Below, piece by piece: positions 1 through 14,210 of a DNA stretch of 64,000 bases (positions are counted from its first letter, which is position 1; the number at the start of each line of letters is the position of its first letter). Source of the stretch: Octopus sinensis (lineage: Eukaryota); NCBI RefSeq assembly GCF_006345805.1, contig NC_043021.1, forward strand, positions 28,210,001 through 28,274,000. The letters are read 5' to 3'. The translations under genes and the position numbers were made by a program. The notes below the pieces were generated by a model that was given only the letters and a program-made list of their open reading frames with translations, was not told the DNA's origin and ran no database searches.

Positions 1-5
1 TGTGT

Positions 6-40
<35 letters not shown>

Positions 41-303
41 TGTGTGTGTGTGAAGTTGTATACAAACGCAAATTAACATTAAACTGAACGATCACTCAAC
101 TCATTTTAGCTGAGTAAATATTTATTCAATTTTTTTCACACGGAAACGTATTGCAGTGGCTTCGAATTTTCGGCTTTCCAGCCGTTATCGATGTGTATGT
201 TCACAAATAATAAGCCAAATCTTTGAAGCCATCGTCAACATTTACTCACACAAACACACACACACACACACACATTTACATATATATATATATATATATA
301 TAT

Positions 304-1302
304 ATCAACCATCTTAACCCCTGACGGAGAAACATCATCTTTCTCAATCAAAGCCGGAATACTGCAGGGAGACACACTCGCCCCATTTCTTTTCATCATT
401 GTCGTTGACTATGTGCTACGTATGTCAGTTGATACCATCTCTGGCAAGGGCTTTGAAATAAAACCAAGAAGTTCCAGACACCCAGCTGAGTACTTGACAG
501 ACACTGACTTTGCTGACGACATCGCTCTTATCAGTGATTCTCTCTCCAATGCCCAGTCTCTTTTACAATCTCTCGAACAAGCCTCAAATTGTGTAGGTCT
601 TTACCTCAATGAGGCCAAAACTGAATACATAAACAAGTGCCTGTCCAACAGTGATTGCATCATCCATACTCTCAACAATGCGCCCTTAAATATGGTTTCT
701 GATTATAAATATCTTGGGTCATACATATCATCATCTGGAAAAGACTTTCTAACTAGAAAGGGTATGGCCTGGTCAGCTTGTAATGACATGCATAAGATCT
801 GGTCATCAAATCTAAGTAAAGACTTCAAACTTGAAATCTTCAAAGCCACAGTCGAACCAATCCTACTATATGGCTCAGAAACCTGGACGTTATCAAAGAA
901 GCTTGAGAGGCGGTTGGATGGAACCTACACTCGCCTCCTTATTAGAGCTCAAAATCTCTCGTGGAAGCGCCATCTCGTGGAAGCGCCATCTCGTGGAAGC
1001 GCCATCCAACCAAAATGCAAATATATGGGAAACTACCACCTGTGTCATCTCTTGTGAAAGGTAGGAGAGTCCAGTTTGCTGGACATTGTTGTAGAGCTGA
1101 AAAAGAAGTAATTTCTACTCTTCTCCTCTGGAAGCCATCTACTCGCAATACCAGAGGGCGCACACTCTCCTACCCTGATGTAATCTCCAGGGATACAGGC
1201 ATCCAGCAACAGGACCTCCGTAATGCCATGATGGACCATGAAGTCTGGCGTAGCATGGTAAATTCCATTGTCTCGACCACGGTCGAACAATGATGATGAT
1301 GA

Positions 1303-1305
<3 letters not shown>
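304..1305 (+). mobile_element. 5'-truncated RTE-group LINE (RT domain to C-terminus) with (TGA)n tail
   Basis: Translates [44 protein letters not shown]. ORFs 413-1057 and 961-1293 are offset by an internal 16-bp triplication. Stop at 1291-1293 runs into TGATGATGA then (TA)n. Confidence 0.9.
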
Positions 1306-1366
<61 letters not shown>

Positions 1367-1473
1367 CATACATATATATATACATATATACATATATACA
1401 CATATATATACACACATATATATGCATGTATCATACATACACACACATATATACACATACTCATACACAGATG

Positions 1474-1531
<58 letters not shown>
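1306..1531. repeat. (TA)n/(CA)n compound microsatellite
   Basis: Direct reading. Confidence 0.95.
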
Positions 1532-3159
1532 GCATAAGCACCCCGTCTATAATACCGAAATTGTTGTGTGAACAATGAAACGGACGGCATTTCTCGGATC
1601 TTTTCAATTCTGAAGCCAGGACCACAGATCTTTCTACTTAACTAAATAATTTGAAACTTCGTATGCTGATAGAGTCTAGCAAAACAAGACACAAGTTGGA
1701 ACTAGTTTATTTGAGAAAAATCTATTTTATGACTTTAATCGTAGATTAAAACTGCGAATTTTAACCAATCAGATTGTTTGTTTTCATGTGTAAAACTTGA
1801 CTGCATTCTCTTAGTGTGACGTAGAAAGCGCTTTTGTGACGTACTAACGTTCGTTTGAAAACTGTAAACAATCTAAACTGATGTGGATATTGTTTTATTT
1901 TCTTCGCATGGATCCACATGTTCTTAATATTTTATACACGTGGACTCGAATCATTTACTTTGATAACATTTTATTCGTGCACATCCGAATCATTTGCTTT
2001 GTAAACAAACTGGATAATTGAGTGCACTGCACTAGCACCGTAATTATATTAACATTGGTTCATTATTCTTCTGGCATAGGCCAATTCCTGTTGCTGTAGA
2101 TTTCCAGCTCATAACTTGTACTCGTTTTATCGACCCACCTGTAACTGGCATATTTTGAACTTGATAAACATATATATGTAAACCTGAAAACATCTCGAGT
2201 ATGTTATATATTTGTAGGGAACGGACGTGAAACCCAAGGCAATCCCATAAATCGGCCTTATCTAACTTTAATATATACTGTTCTATAACTTAGAGTGGGC
2301 TTCTTTTTTCGGATTTATGTTTACGGACGATATATATATATATAAAGGTGAAAGTAAAGAATACGTACACCTGGTGTTTGGGGTTAGGGTTCAAGATACA
2401 TAGGTTTTGAGTCGACAGATACAAAACCAAACATGATAAAATCTTCTTTGCATTTCTTCAGTTTTGCCTTTTTAGCAGTTGGTTCAGTTATTATTACAAC
2501 TGATCATTAAAAAAATAAAAATAATAAATATTTTATTTCTATAAATTTAAAGTATCAAATTTATTATTAAACAATATTATGTAGTGATCTATTAAAAATA
2601 TCGAATTTATTATGAAACTGTTGTGATTATAAAATTTAAATTATGTAGTTCTTGATTGTAATATATCATTGATTATATATTATACATCATTGATTCTTAT
2701 GGAATAATTATTGAATTTTGTTTTCTTATTATTATTCTGTCTTCATATAAATTATTATTAACTAACAGTGTCTTTATTATCGAACAATATTGTGTAGATC
2801 TGAAATGGCTTCAATTTTTATGGCTACGAATTCTCTGGGGACCACTGGTAGGTTCCAGGGACCACATTGGGAATCACTGCTTTAAACAATACTGGATGAA
2901 ATGAATATTGAAATTATTTACAAATTTTGTTAGTACATGAAACATGTTATAATTTACAAGTTCCAGTAGAATATGTGACAAAGATAATATTCCTAGCTGA
3001 ACTTATCCCCTTTAATTTTCTTGTACCAGAAACTTCCAACCCCAGCCAATATTAACGCCAGATAACTTACGCAGGACATTTTCATAATAAAGAAGAAAAA
3101 ATTAAAAGGCTTTCATCTTTTTCTTTTAAACAAAAGAATTTTTATAAAGATATATATAA

Positions 3160-3330
3160 AGGATAGCTTTATGGTTGAAAAATTTGCTTCACACCCATGG
3201 GTTTCTGGGTTCAATTATGCTGTATGGATTGGGTAAGTGTCTTTTACTGTAGTCTTAGGTTGATCAATGTCATGTGAGTCAAATTGGGAGAATGATTCTA
3301 TGAAGAAGCCCGCAAGATGTGTTTGTGTGT
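3160..3330 (+). mobile_element. Decayed SINE-B 5' part
   Basis: Similar to the SINE-B head (GGGTTCAATT, GGGTAAGTGTCTTTTACTGTAGTC, GAAGAAGCCCG) in better copies at 23420 and 33438. Confidence 0.5.
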
Positions 3331-3845
3331 ATGTGTGTGTGTTCATTTACATGTTTACTACTCTAGTATACTAGGCTATCAAAGGTTACTTTCAATGAAC
3401 AGGCATCGTTAAAATGGAACCCTGCCCTATGTTTGGAATTATCTCTAATATTGATAGGGTCAATGAAAGACACCCAAAGACAGTGCCTGAGCATGGTCAT
3501 AGCACACTGACTGAAATTAATAAAAGAAGAAACAATTCTAGGTTTCAAAACATTTTTTAATGATAAACATCCAAATGTAAAGACATAAACTATTATTAGG
3601 ATGAATATTCTTTGGGTGGGAGATCAGAATAAATAAAAGAATGCAAGTGAATGTGTCGTGTAAAGTGGGATGGGTGGGTTGGTGAGGTGCACAGCTGCCT
3701 TCAGAAACAACAGTAAAAAATCTTTGGTTTCATAATGGTTGAATCATTCGCCCAAAACAATGAGATTTTTGTTTCTTTTTTAAGACATGTAGTGGGGGAA
3801 ATATTTATATTGATAGGAATCATTAATTAACAAGAAAATAATTAT

Positions 3846-3916
<71 letters not shown>

Positions 3917-4966
3917 AAACGAGAAAATGGAGAAATATATCCAAATCAATCATCAACCATCAGATAATACCGAATCAATACTTTATTAAACCACTACACA
4001 ATAGCAATGATATTATACATTAATATAGTGCAAATATAACAAGACATAGAAATACATTTACATTGTAGCAGGTATGTCCCATTTAACCTATTAGCCATAT
4101 AAAGCAGGTATAAATGAGACATTAACAAGAATATCTCACAGAGAATTTAATGCAAGTATGAAAAAAATTTACATATAAATATAAATATGTGTGCATACAC
4201 ACTCATATTCTTACATATATATATATACACAATAATACAATATAAACAATATAGATCAATATACATCAACAAAACAATAATGTTCCATATTGAACTCCAC
4301 AGTTCCATAACCAACATCAAGAAACCACAACATGTACACTCACACTCAAAGCAGGCATATATATTGAACAGTCCAATATATTAAAATGTGCCATTTCACA
4401 AAAAGTCAATAAAATTAATATCACCACGACTGATACATATATATATTTCAATCATATATATACATATATCATATGTATATATACATATAAATATCATCAA
4501 ATGCATGTATGTATCTGAATATGTCTTGTTTGATTTACATGTTTTTCGAGTCAAGTATGTTTTAAATAAAAAATGATTGAAGTATTCTTTCACAACCAGA
4601 TGCCTTTCCTGTCATTAACACTTGACTGTGTTTTAAATAAGGAATCTCTTAATTACACATGTCTTGAAAGGCTTGAAGTAAGCAGACAATTTGTCAACCA
4701 GAGAAATGACAACAGCAAACCTTGTAGCTTGCAACTTTTATAGAGCACAAACATAAACAGATATACACACATATTATATAGATAGATTTCTTACAGGTTC
4801 CATCTATCAAATTCACTCACAAGGATTTGGTCAATCTTGGCTATCATAAGTGATACTTGGCGAAGTTGCCATGCACTGGGATGAGCTCAAAACCATATGA
4901 TTAAGAAGGGAACTACGTGCCTGTGCCTTCTATCAGTCTTTCTGTACATATGTATGCGTGCATACA

Positions 4967-5010
<44 letters not shown>

Positions 5011-5318
5011 CACATATAGTATGTAGATAGGCTTGTAATCGAAGTCGTGTCCTCGTGAAGCACACCTGTATGTTCCAGTATGCCAATATTGTATGTAGAT
5101 GTTATAATTGTGTGAGGGTTATAAGAAGAAAAATATTGGAAAATAATATTTGCAGAGTAATTACGCATCATCAAAACAGTAGAGTGGAAAATATTTTTAG
5201 TATTATTTATTCACCATTGCACATGTTTCATTTGCTAGTACGAGTTAGAATATTATACATGTAAGAGAAAATTATAAAATATCTCTTATTAAAAACTCCT
5301 CAGACAGCGAATCAATTA

Positions 5319-6535
5319 TCAGGTTGAATAAAAAATAAGCAACGTTTTGAACCATGAAGAATTTGTACCAGATTTTTGCAGGGTTTTGAATTTTTGTTAA
5401 ACATTTTTTTTTGCAGTTGTCTGATAATACAGATATAAACTTACCCAAATGCATCAATAAATTAACATTTATATTTTTTTTCCCCATTCATACAATCATC
5501 TGAAAGGGAACTGTGAAAGTGCGATATTTGAGCAGTTTTGCAATTCAACTTCAAAAAAGGATGTAAAGCAGCTAAAACTGTTCATGATATCAATGAAACA
5601 TTTGGTGAGGAAATGACCAGTAAGAGGTCAGCTTGAAAATGGTTTAAATGATTTTGCAGATTGTGAGCATTATGGACGCCCATCTGTCATCGATGACAGT
5701 CAAGTAGAGACTGTCATTGAGAAAGATCCATATAGAACCACTTGAGAACTGGCAAAAGAACTGCCTGCAACCATTTTCATGCAATCAGAAAATAAAAAAA
5801 AGCTCGACAAATTTGAATGAAAATCAGAAAATGCTTATTGCTTCTTCTCCGCAACCAGACCAATCCATTTCTTGACCATATTGTAACTTGCAATGAAAAG
5901 TGGATTCTGTACAATAAAAAACGTTCTTTGCAGTGGTTGGAGCAAAATGAAGCACCAAAAACCTTCCCTAAACCCAAGCTCTTCAAAAAGAAGGTTATGG
6001 TGACTGCTTGGTGGTGTACTTTTGGAATCATCCATTATAACTTTTTAAAATCTGGAAAAAACATTACTGCAGAAACATATTGTCATGAAATTGCCAAAAT
6101 GAAAGAAAAACCGCTAATCCTCTGTCCCAGACTGGTCAACAGAAGAGGGCCAATCATTCTTCATAACAATGCTCGACCATAAATTTCACTAATGATGCTC
6201 CAAAAGTTGAAGGAACTTGGCTATGAATTTCTTCCCCACCCAGCTTATTCCCCAGACCTTTCTCCTACCGACTACCACTTTTTCAAGCACTTTGATGGTT
6301 TCCTGAAAGAGAAGGAGTTAAAAAATCAAACTGATGCTGAAACTGTGTTCAAGGAGTTCATCAGCTCCAGAACTTCAGATTTTTATGTTACCAGAATAAA
6401 CAAACTTGTAACTCATTGGCACAAATGTGTTGATTGTAATGGTACTTACTTTGATGAATAAAATTTCCACATTGCTGAAATATATTGTGATGAATTTGAT
6501 GTTTCAAAACGTTGCTTACTTTTTACTCAGCATGA
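5319..6535 (+). mobile_element. Mariner (DD34D; Hsmar1/cecropia-like) transposon relic
   Basis: TA-flanked ~40-bp TIRs (TCAGGTTGAATAAAAAATAAGCAACGTTTTGAA and its inverse at 6497-6535). Broken transposase: FNFKKGCKAAKT, IVTCNEKWILY, ILHNNARP, HPAYSPDLSPTDYHFF. First two catalytic Asp read as Asn. Confidence 0.92.
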
Positions 6536-6884
6536 TAATACTCTCTAATTTTCTGTCAGAAGACTTTCTAACAGAAGATATCTTACATGTTTCTCTGTTA
6601 AATACAATTTTGTAACCCTTATTAGTAAATGAAACATGTGTAATGGTGAATAAATAATACCAAAAATTTTTTCTTATCTCCTGTTTTGATATATGTATAT
6701 GTTATATTATATACAAGATATACTATATTATCATTAATGATGGATGCAAAGAAATAAGAAACTTGAAGTAGTCAACTCCAAAATATAGTTGGGGTAGGTA
6801 GAATGGGGAAGTAAATGTCAATAAGAACTAACTCAGTCTTGCCAAACAGATGCCAGGACCAAAAAGTGATGATGATGATGATCA

Positions 6885-6933
<49 letters not shown>

Positions 6934-6949
6934 TGGCGTAAAAGAAAGA

Positions 6950-7420
6950 AAATGGTAAATCTAGTTGAGTTGCTCATGAAGATAACATGGATGCCGCTCG
7001 AGCTCAAAAGATTGACTGTTATGAAAACCTCCTAGAGGAATATGAAGACACAGGCTGGAAAGCAGAGCATTTTTCAATCAAAGTTGGATGTAGAGGGTTT
7101 GTTGGACACAGTGTGAAGTGACTATTGCCATCATTGACTTAATTCATCGCAAAGCAAATACCACTAGGAGTAATATCCAAACTACACTGGAAAAGGCAAA
7201 CCACTGGATTTGGTTAGAAAGCAACAATGAGCAATGGCTAGAAGAATATTGAGTGAAACCTGATGACCAGTTGATCTAGCAAGCAGGGTCTCATTTCAGT
7301 GAGGGGTGCCCAATGATGCTGTCAAGAGATAGGTCCCGAAATGGCAGGTATTCTCTGCTAATGGCCCCATAAACTTGCTAGCATCTGGTATGCAGGGCTT
7401 TCAACAGGTAACACTTGCAT
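6950..7420 (+). mobile_element. 3' end of an REL-endonuclease LINE, HERO-like
   Basis: Frameshifted HEDNMDAARAQKIDCYENLLEEYEDTGWKAEHFSIKVGCRGFVG and LEKANHWIWL match the EVGCRGF / AEKASxWxW C-terminus of HERO-type elements. Confidence 0.7.
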
Positions 7421-7439
7421 CTGCATGTTGTTTGCAAAA

Positions 7440-7855
7440 AAATATTTAAAAATATATATTCGACCCTGTGCTTGAGGAAACCTATTGAGTCAAGTACATC
7501 AACATAAAAAATCAATGGAAATTGTAGTTGTGATCCCTGTGCCGGTGGCATGTCAAAAGCACCGTCCGGATGTGGCCAATGCCAGTGCCGCCTTCACTGG
7601 CTTCCATGCTGGTGGCATGTAAAAACCACCAATCCAATCGTGGCCATTGCCAGCCTCGCCTGGCACCTGTGCCAGTGGCACTTAAAAAGTACCCACTACA
7701 CTCACGGAGTGGTTGGCATTATGAAGGGCATCCAGCTGTAGAAACACTGCCAGATCAGACTGGATCCTGGTGCAGCCTTCTGGCTTCCCAGATCCCGGTT
7801 GAACCGCCCAACCCATGCTAGCATGGAAAACGGACATTAAACGATGATGATGATA
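7440..7855 (+). mobile_element. RTE-family 3'UTR/tail fragment ending in (GAT)n
   Basis: Closely similar to the reverse complement of 10441-10720 (GAAGGGCATCCAGCTGTAGAAAC...CCCATGCTAGCATGGAAAACGGAC-TTAAACGATGATGAT). Confidence 0.85.
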
Positions 7856-8832
7856 TTCATGATCCGCATTATCATCACTTTTCTATGCTGGCATTAGTTG
7901 GGCAGAACAGAGCCAGTACCTCCACCTCCAATCCCAACTGAGTTGCAGGACTACATTTTGTTCATACTTTCTCTTTGCAACATAAGTTTCTGTCTGGATT
8001 TAACACCAACCACCTTACAAAATATGTATTTGTGTGTGTGAGGGTGTAGTTAGTATAACAAATAGGAGAAAAACTATTCAATAATATAGTAGGGAGTAAC
8101 ATATTTTAGTTGATCCAGTAGCATCATAGACAATGTCTTTGTGTTTGTCCCTATCCCAAATTAACAATTGGTGTTGTTTTGTTTATGTCCTTGCAACTTC
8201 ACGGTTTAGCAAACGACACTGATAAATAACAAACTTAAAAATATGTAGTGGGCGCAATTAGTTTCACTAAACCTTTCAAGGTGGTGCCACAGTTCAATAA
8301 CTGAAACAAGTAAAAGAGGTAATGTATGAATGTGTATATATAAGAACTACACATACAAACCTATCTGTAGATAGAATAACAAAAGAGAGGAGAGACACAG
8401 GCAGTAATAGAGAAGCTAGTTATATTAGTCAGCAATTGTTAGACTTTTTGAGAAAATCTAAAATATAAGTTTACTTGTGTCTGTATCCAACAATGTATAT
8501 TATTCTCAGACTTGCACGTTATTTGAAATACAAAAAGGTCACAAATTTCCAGAACTTTCACATATATTGCTCAGATGAAACTTGGCTGAGTGACCCAAGT
8601 GTCTTATGTTCAGTAATCTTCCATTTATTAGACAAGACAAACATGTAAGCACTGAGGTGCGACTGGCACCTTTATTTATGATACTGAGAATGATGGATTT
8701 TGTTCAAATAAGAATGCAATTATTTTGTTTAACATTGTTACAGTAGTTTGTTTTAATATTAAAAGTGATGTAATTCAATTAAAAGATCTCTGATATCACT
8801 GTTAAAAACCAGTGTTCAATTCTTGTTTCATC

Positions 8833-9022
8833 TTAACTCCTTAACATTCAGATTGTTTATTCACATTGCTTTGAATTAATCATGCATTACCTGTAGCCTT
8901 GAGATTTAATTGATCTGATTGCTTATTTTTAGATTGACTTTCTAGAGGCCAGGCCTGACCGGTTTGAACATAAAACAGGTAGAATATTTGGGCCAGATAT
9001 GGCCGGTTTAAATGCTAAAAGG
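8833..9022. mobile_element. Possible piggyBac-type MITE, decayed
   Basis: Starts TTAA-CTCCTTAACATT and ends AATGCTAAAAGG, an imperfect inverse. Right TTAA not preserved. Confidence 0.3.
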
Positions 9023-10440
9023 AGAAACATATCAATTAAAATCTTCCTTGCTACATGGAGAGGAAGCCACTCTGTCATGTGTTAACATCATCAGATGATC
9101 TAGTTCTTTTTCCCAATGTTTCAATAATGTGAAGTGTCATCATGTAGTCAACATAATTTAACATCCATGTTTCATGCTGGCATGGGTTGGACAGTTTGAC
9201 GACGAAGAATTAATTGTTATGTCCAAATATACAATGAAACATCAATGCTTCATTGCATATATATAAGCAGATAAAAAAAATCGTAGTGACTGCCTGCAAG
9301 CGAGTATGACTTAGTAATGTATATCATGCTTTCACTCATTATTTTAAGTGTCTACATAGTTACAAGCAGATAGACACTCTACTGACCTTCTCACCTTTAT
9401 CTCATAATTTTGTTGATCCAAACACCTGATTAATAATTCAAGAAAGTAGTTATTTTACTCAGACTGTTCAAATTGATTATGTTTATTTACTTGGGAACAT
9501 GACTATAAAAGAATTTAGCATCAAATTTGATTTCAACTTACATTTTCCACAGCTATTCTAACAACAGTGTAATAATACTTCTGTAACCTCTCGGAGGAAA
9601 CATGACTCCTCCTTCACTCCTCTCCACCTTCATTTATGGTTTGAGAATAATTCTATAATTGTTGTAAACTGGAATGGAACTTACTCTCTTTCTGCTCACA
9701 TCCATTCTCCATTTAATGCTACTTGGTTTGCATCTTTTAGAGAGATAGATTAGATAAAATGGACTCAAAGACCAACTAGAAAGTGAATAGTATCTAACTT
9801 AGGATGTCTCATAGATAGTGGTGGCAATGGTGTTGGTGGTAGATGTGGTTATCATGGCAGTGGTGGTGGTGGTGTAGTGTTGACAGTGGATGTGTATGAT
9901 GGCAGCAATTATAGTGTTGGTGTTTTTGCAGAGGTGGTGGTAGTGGTGGTGGCGGAAGTGGATGATGATGATAATGATGATGATAGAAGTAGTGGCATTG
10001 ATTATGTTAGGATGTCTCAGTAGTGGTTGTGAAGATGATTCTGATATTGATAGTCTTTGCATTGAGGTGGTGGCAGAGTCAGAGTAAATAATAAGAGCCC
10101 AGTTAACACAAGATTCTTAAATTTTGGAGATCTTAAGATAGAGAGCAAGAAGTTAAAAGTTCCAATACTGTCCCAATTCCTACACCCCAGATTCTTCAAC
10201 TATTTTATAAGAAAGGGGTTAATGGCAGGTTGTATACCAAAAAATACATAAATAAATTACTGTTTTATTCTTTGGCAAAACGTGTTTCATGAGGTACATC
10301 CTCGGGTTCCTAAACCACACCTTGTTTCCCTGGAACCCCTCTCAAGATGCCAACACAATCATCAAGCCCTGTTAGTGTGTGTGAAGAGACAGAGAGAGTA
10401 ATGTGTGAAAGAGAGAGATAACTGAAATTTTTTACTCGGT

Positions 10441-11092
10441 GTATCATCATCATCATCATCGTTTAACGTCCGTTTTCCATGCTAGCATGGGTTGGACGGT
10501 TCAACCGGGATCTGGGAAGCCAGAAGGCTGCACCAGGCTCCAGTCTGATCTGGCAGTGTTTCTACAGCTGGAAGCCCTTCATAATGCCAACCACTCCGTG
10601 AGTGTAGTGGGTACTTTTTATGTGCCAGTGGCACAGGTGCCAGAGGGGTCTGGCATCGGCCACGTTCAGATGGTGCTTTCTATGTGTCACCGGCACAGGT
10701 ATCACAACTACTGTTTCCACTGATATTTGGTTTGATGTTTATGTACATGCACTTGACTCAACAGGTCTCCTCAAGCACAGTGAGATGTTCCGGGATCCAA
10801 GGTACTTTGAATGGGCAGGGGGTATGCGGAACTGGTGCCGGAAGCATCACGGGTCTTAGTAGTCACAGCACATCTCCAGAGATCTCAGTCCTTCGCCATT
10901 GCCTCAGTGAGGCCCAACGCTCTGAGGTCATGCTTGCCTACCTCATCCCATGTCTTCCTGGGTCTACCCTCCCCCTGATTCCTTCAACTGTTCGGAGTGG
11001 CACTTCTTCACACATCTCTCCTCATCCATCCGCAGTACATGACCATACCATCGCAAGCGTCGCTCTTGCACACCGCATCTGATGCTTCTTAT
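10441..11092 (-). mobile_element. RTE (BovB-like) LINE, 3' part, interrupted by CR1
   Basis: Minus strand reads SIRCGVQERRLRWYGHV, then 3'UTR and (GAT)n tail. Continues in frame from the piece at 14211. Confidence 0.9.
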
Positions 11093-14000
11093 AATAATAA
11101 TAATGAAATTATTGTATACAGTGCTCAGGTGCACCACAACTTGTCAGAAAGTGCATATAAAGTACATGCAGCAATGTAGAAATGTCTGGAAAGTGAACAT
11201 GCTTGTGTGTATGTATGGAGGGGAGAAAATCAAGTGTAGTGTTGGCGAATCTCAGGAAGCATGGAAGTTTTGAAGGATGCAGTGCTCCGACAACTAACAA
11301 CCGATGCCGGCAGTTTGTTCCACGCTTCAGCAACTCTCATCGTGAAAAATGTTTCCTGAAGTCATGGGAGCTGTGCTGTTTTCTTACTTTGTAAATATGT
11401 CCACGGGTGTTAGATGGGTGGAGTTTGAAGAGGTGCTCAGAGTTATTGTTTGTGCGATGGTTGATAATTTTATGGGTGTCTGCCAAGTCAGCTGCCAGAC
11501 GTCAGAGTTTTAATGTGTCCATGCCCAGGGAAGTAAGGCGTTCAGGATATGGCAAATGCCTGATGGAGGTATTCTTTTGGTTGCACGTCGCTGAACAGCT
11601 TCTAGACGATTGATGTCCTGGGCAAGATAAGGGTTCCAGACCGGTGATGCAAATTCCAGGTGAGGTCTTACCATAGCTATATAAAGCCGCAGATAGATAG
11701 CCGGAGAGCGGCTCACAAAGGATTTGGTGAGTGATGCCAAGACACCCTCAGCCTTCTTGACAATTTTAGCGATGTGTTTTGTCCAACGCAAATCACTGTC
11801 GACAATAACACCCAGGTCACGTTCACTTGAAGACTTTTTGAGACTAGTGTTGTGGAGGAGAGTAGGTGGACGCTGGGTTTCTCCTCCCAAATGCATGTGG
11901 TGGTACATTTGTCCACAGCCAGCTTCAGTTGCCAGTCCATGATCCACTGCTGCATTGTGTCCAGGTCTGCTTGCAATAGAGATCCATAGTGTACAGGATT
12001 TGACCTCTTTATTTGGAGGTACAGCTTGATGTCATCTGCATATTTCAGCACTGTGGCATTCTTTAAGTTGGCATCTATGTCATTAACATATGCAACAAAT
12101 AAAAGAGGGCCAAGAACAGATCCCTGCGGCACACCAAATGTCATCTCATAGGGCGAAGAGTGCTGTCCTAGAACTGTGACAACCTCTTTTCGGCCGAAAA
12201 TAAAGGACTTTAACCAGTTATAGAGTTCGTCTCTTACACCCAACGCAGAAAGCTTCACCATAAGTCTTTTGTGTGGCACAGAGTTAAAAGCCTTAGCAAA
12301 GTCCAGGTAAACAACATCCACCCAGGATCCGCGATCAGTGATTTGGGTAACGTCCTCAAGAAACTCGATGAGTTGATTACAGCAGCTGGAGTTAGGAATA
12401 AATCCGAATTGTGACGGCTGGCTGAGGCTGTGAGACTTCCAGAAGTTCCAGAGGGTTTCTCTGATACAGGATTCCATCAGTTTGGCGATGCAGCTAGTAA
12501 GACTGACGGGGCGATAGTTGACAGGCGATGTGCGGTCGCCTTTTTTTAACAGAGGGATGACACTGGCAGTTTTCCACTGTTCTGGAGTAACACCATTGTC
12601 GAGACAGAATTGGAAGAATAGAGAAAGTTGGCATAGAAGAAAGTACCCACTGCGTTTGAGACCACACCATTGAGACCAGGAGAGGCATAATTGCGTTTAT
12701 TCTTTAGGTGGCGTTGCAGTATTGCTGGTGTAAATTGTATAGAAGATATAGAGTCCGATGTCAGTGGTGATGATGATAGAACATTTTGGTCTTCGACAGT
12801 AAAGATGCCGGCATAGCATCCAGCAATGATTTCTGCACATTCTTCGGGATTGCCAGTAATCTGTCCTGTGTGGGGATTGCGAAGGGGACCAACAGGAGAG
12901 TGGGGTCTCTGCTTTGAGTGCACATACTTCCAGAACCCTTTGCTGTCAGGGTTAGCTGCAATGCGTTGTTCAAATTCAAGCACTGCCTTTTTTGTCACCT
13001 GCTTGAGGTGGTTGGCTGACCTATTGCGCTTTTTCCTGTTGCTCTCTGATTTATGCAATTTGCATTCCCGTTCAGCATTACGGCGTTCTTTCCTGGCAAG
13101 TCGGACTGCTGCAGTCTCCCAAATTGCACTATTGGGTGGGTTTTGTGCTTGCGTGGTACTGATGCTGCACATGCTGCCCATATTGAATTCAGAATGTTCT
13201 GGAGTATAGTGTCCACATCTCCAGAGGCATAAAATTCGCGCCAGTTTGGGCGTTGCAGCTCAGTACAATAAGAGCTCCAGTTGCTTATTCCAGTCAAAGC
13301 GGGCAATATGAAGATGGTTGTGTTTTTTGTTACAACCAATCAGAGACAAGTCGGCCATGATCATGGAATGATCAGAGTCACCCAAAGGTTTTTCGTCGGT
13401 AGCGACACTAATGATTGTTTCAGGAGAAGCGGTTAGTAGCAGATCCAAAGTGTTGTTACCCCTTGTGGGGGAGGTAACAACCTTGGGACCAATTTGAATT
13501 CAGCACCAGTTCAAGGAAATCGTCTGCACTTTGCGGCCAACGGAAGGCCTCCCAGTCAATCTCAGGGAAATTGAAGTCCCCCGCAACATACACATATGTG
13601 GCTGTTTTCATGGCAGCCGCCCTGAGGAGATCAAAAAGCTGTGCGTCTTGGCGATAATTGGAGGACGGTAAACGACTCCGAGCAAGTGTTGACATGGTCA
13701 TGTGTACATTGCAGAAAAATACCTCCTGCTGAGATTGGTTCAAATCATCACAGGGGATTGCCGAAAGACTTGATCGAACATAAATCATCACCACACCCCT
13801 CCACGGCGATTAATGCGGTCTTTGCGGAACAGGTTGTAGCCGGCTATGCTGAAAACTCCATCACAGAGTGCAGAGTGTGCCCACGTTTCCGTGACTGTGA
13901 TGAAATCTGGTTGATACTTTTGACGTAGGAGACAAAAAGAATGCACCTTGTTGCATAAACTACGGGCATTCAAGGACAGCAGTTTTATCTGGATTTCAGA

Positions 14001-14210
14001 TGATGATATACAGGGGATGGCTGATTGTTCTTGGTTAGTTTCCCCAAGATTTTTGCATTGCCAGTTTGTTGTTGTGGTGTGTAGTCTGCTCAGTCCAACT
14101 GCATCCCTTATCCACGACTCACCAGACTTGACGAATGTCCAGATCTGCCCATCATCGCGGAGGCTAAAACTCTCCCGTGGCACAGAGTTGCGATTTAGGG
14201 AAGCCACGGA
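11093..14210 (-). mobile_element. CR1-clade LINE, near-complete decayed ORF2 (APE endonuclease + RT), (ATT)n tail, TSD TTCTTAT
   Basis: LLSLNARSLCNK, TVTETW, VAGDFNFPEIDW, SDHSMI, YLDFAKAFNSVPH, GVPQGSVLGPLLF, YADD, RPHLEFASPVWNP, LEAVQRRATK across frameshifted ORFs. TTCTTAT at 11086-11092 and 14211-14217. Confidence 0.95.
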
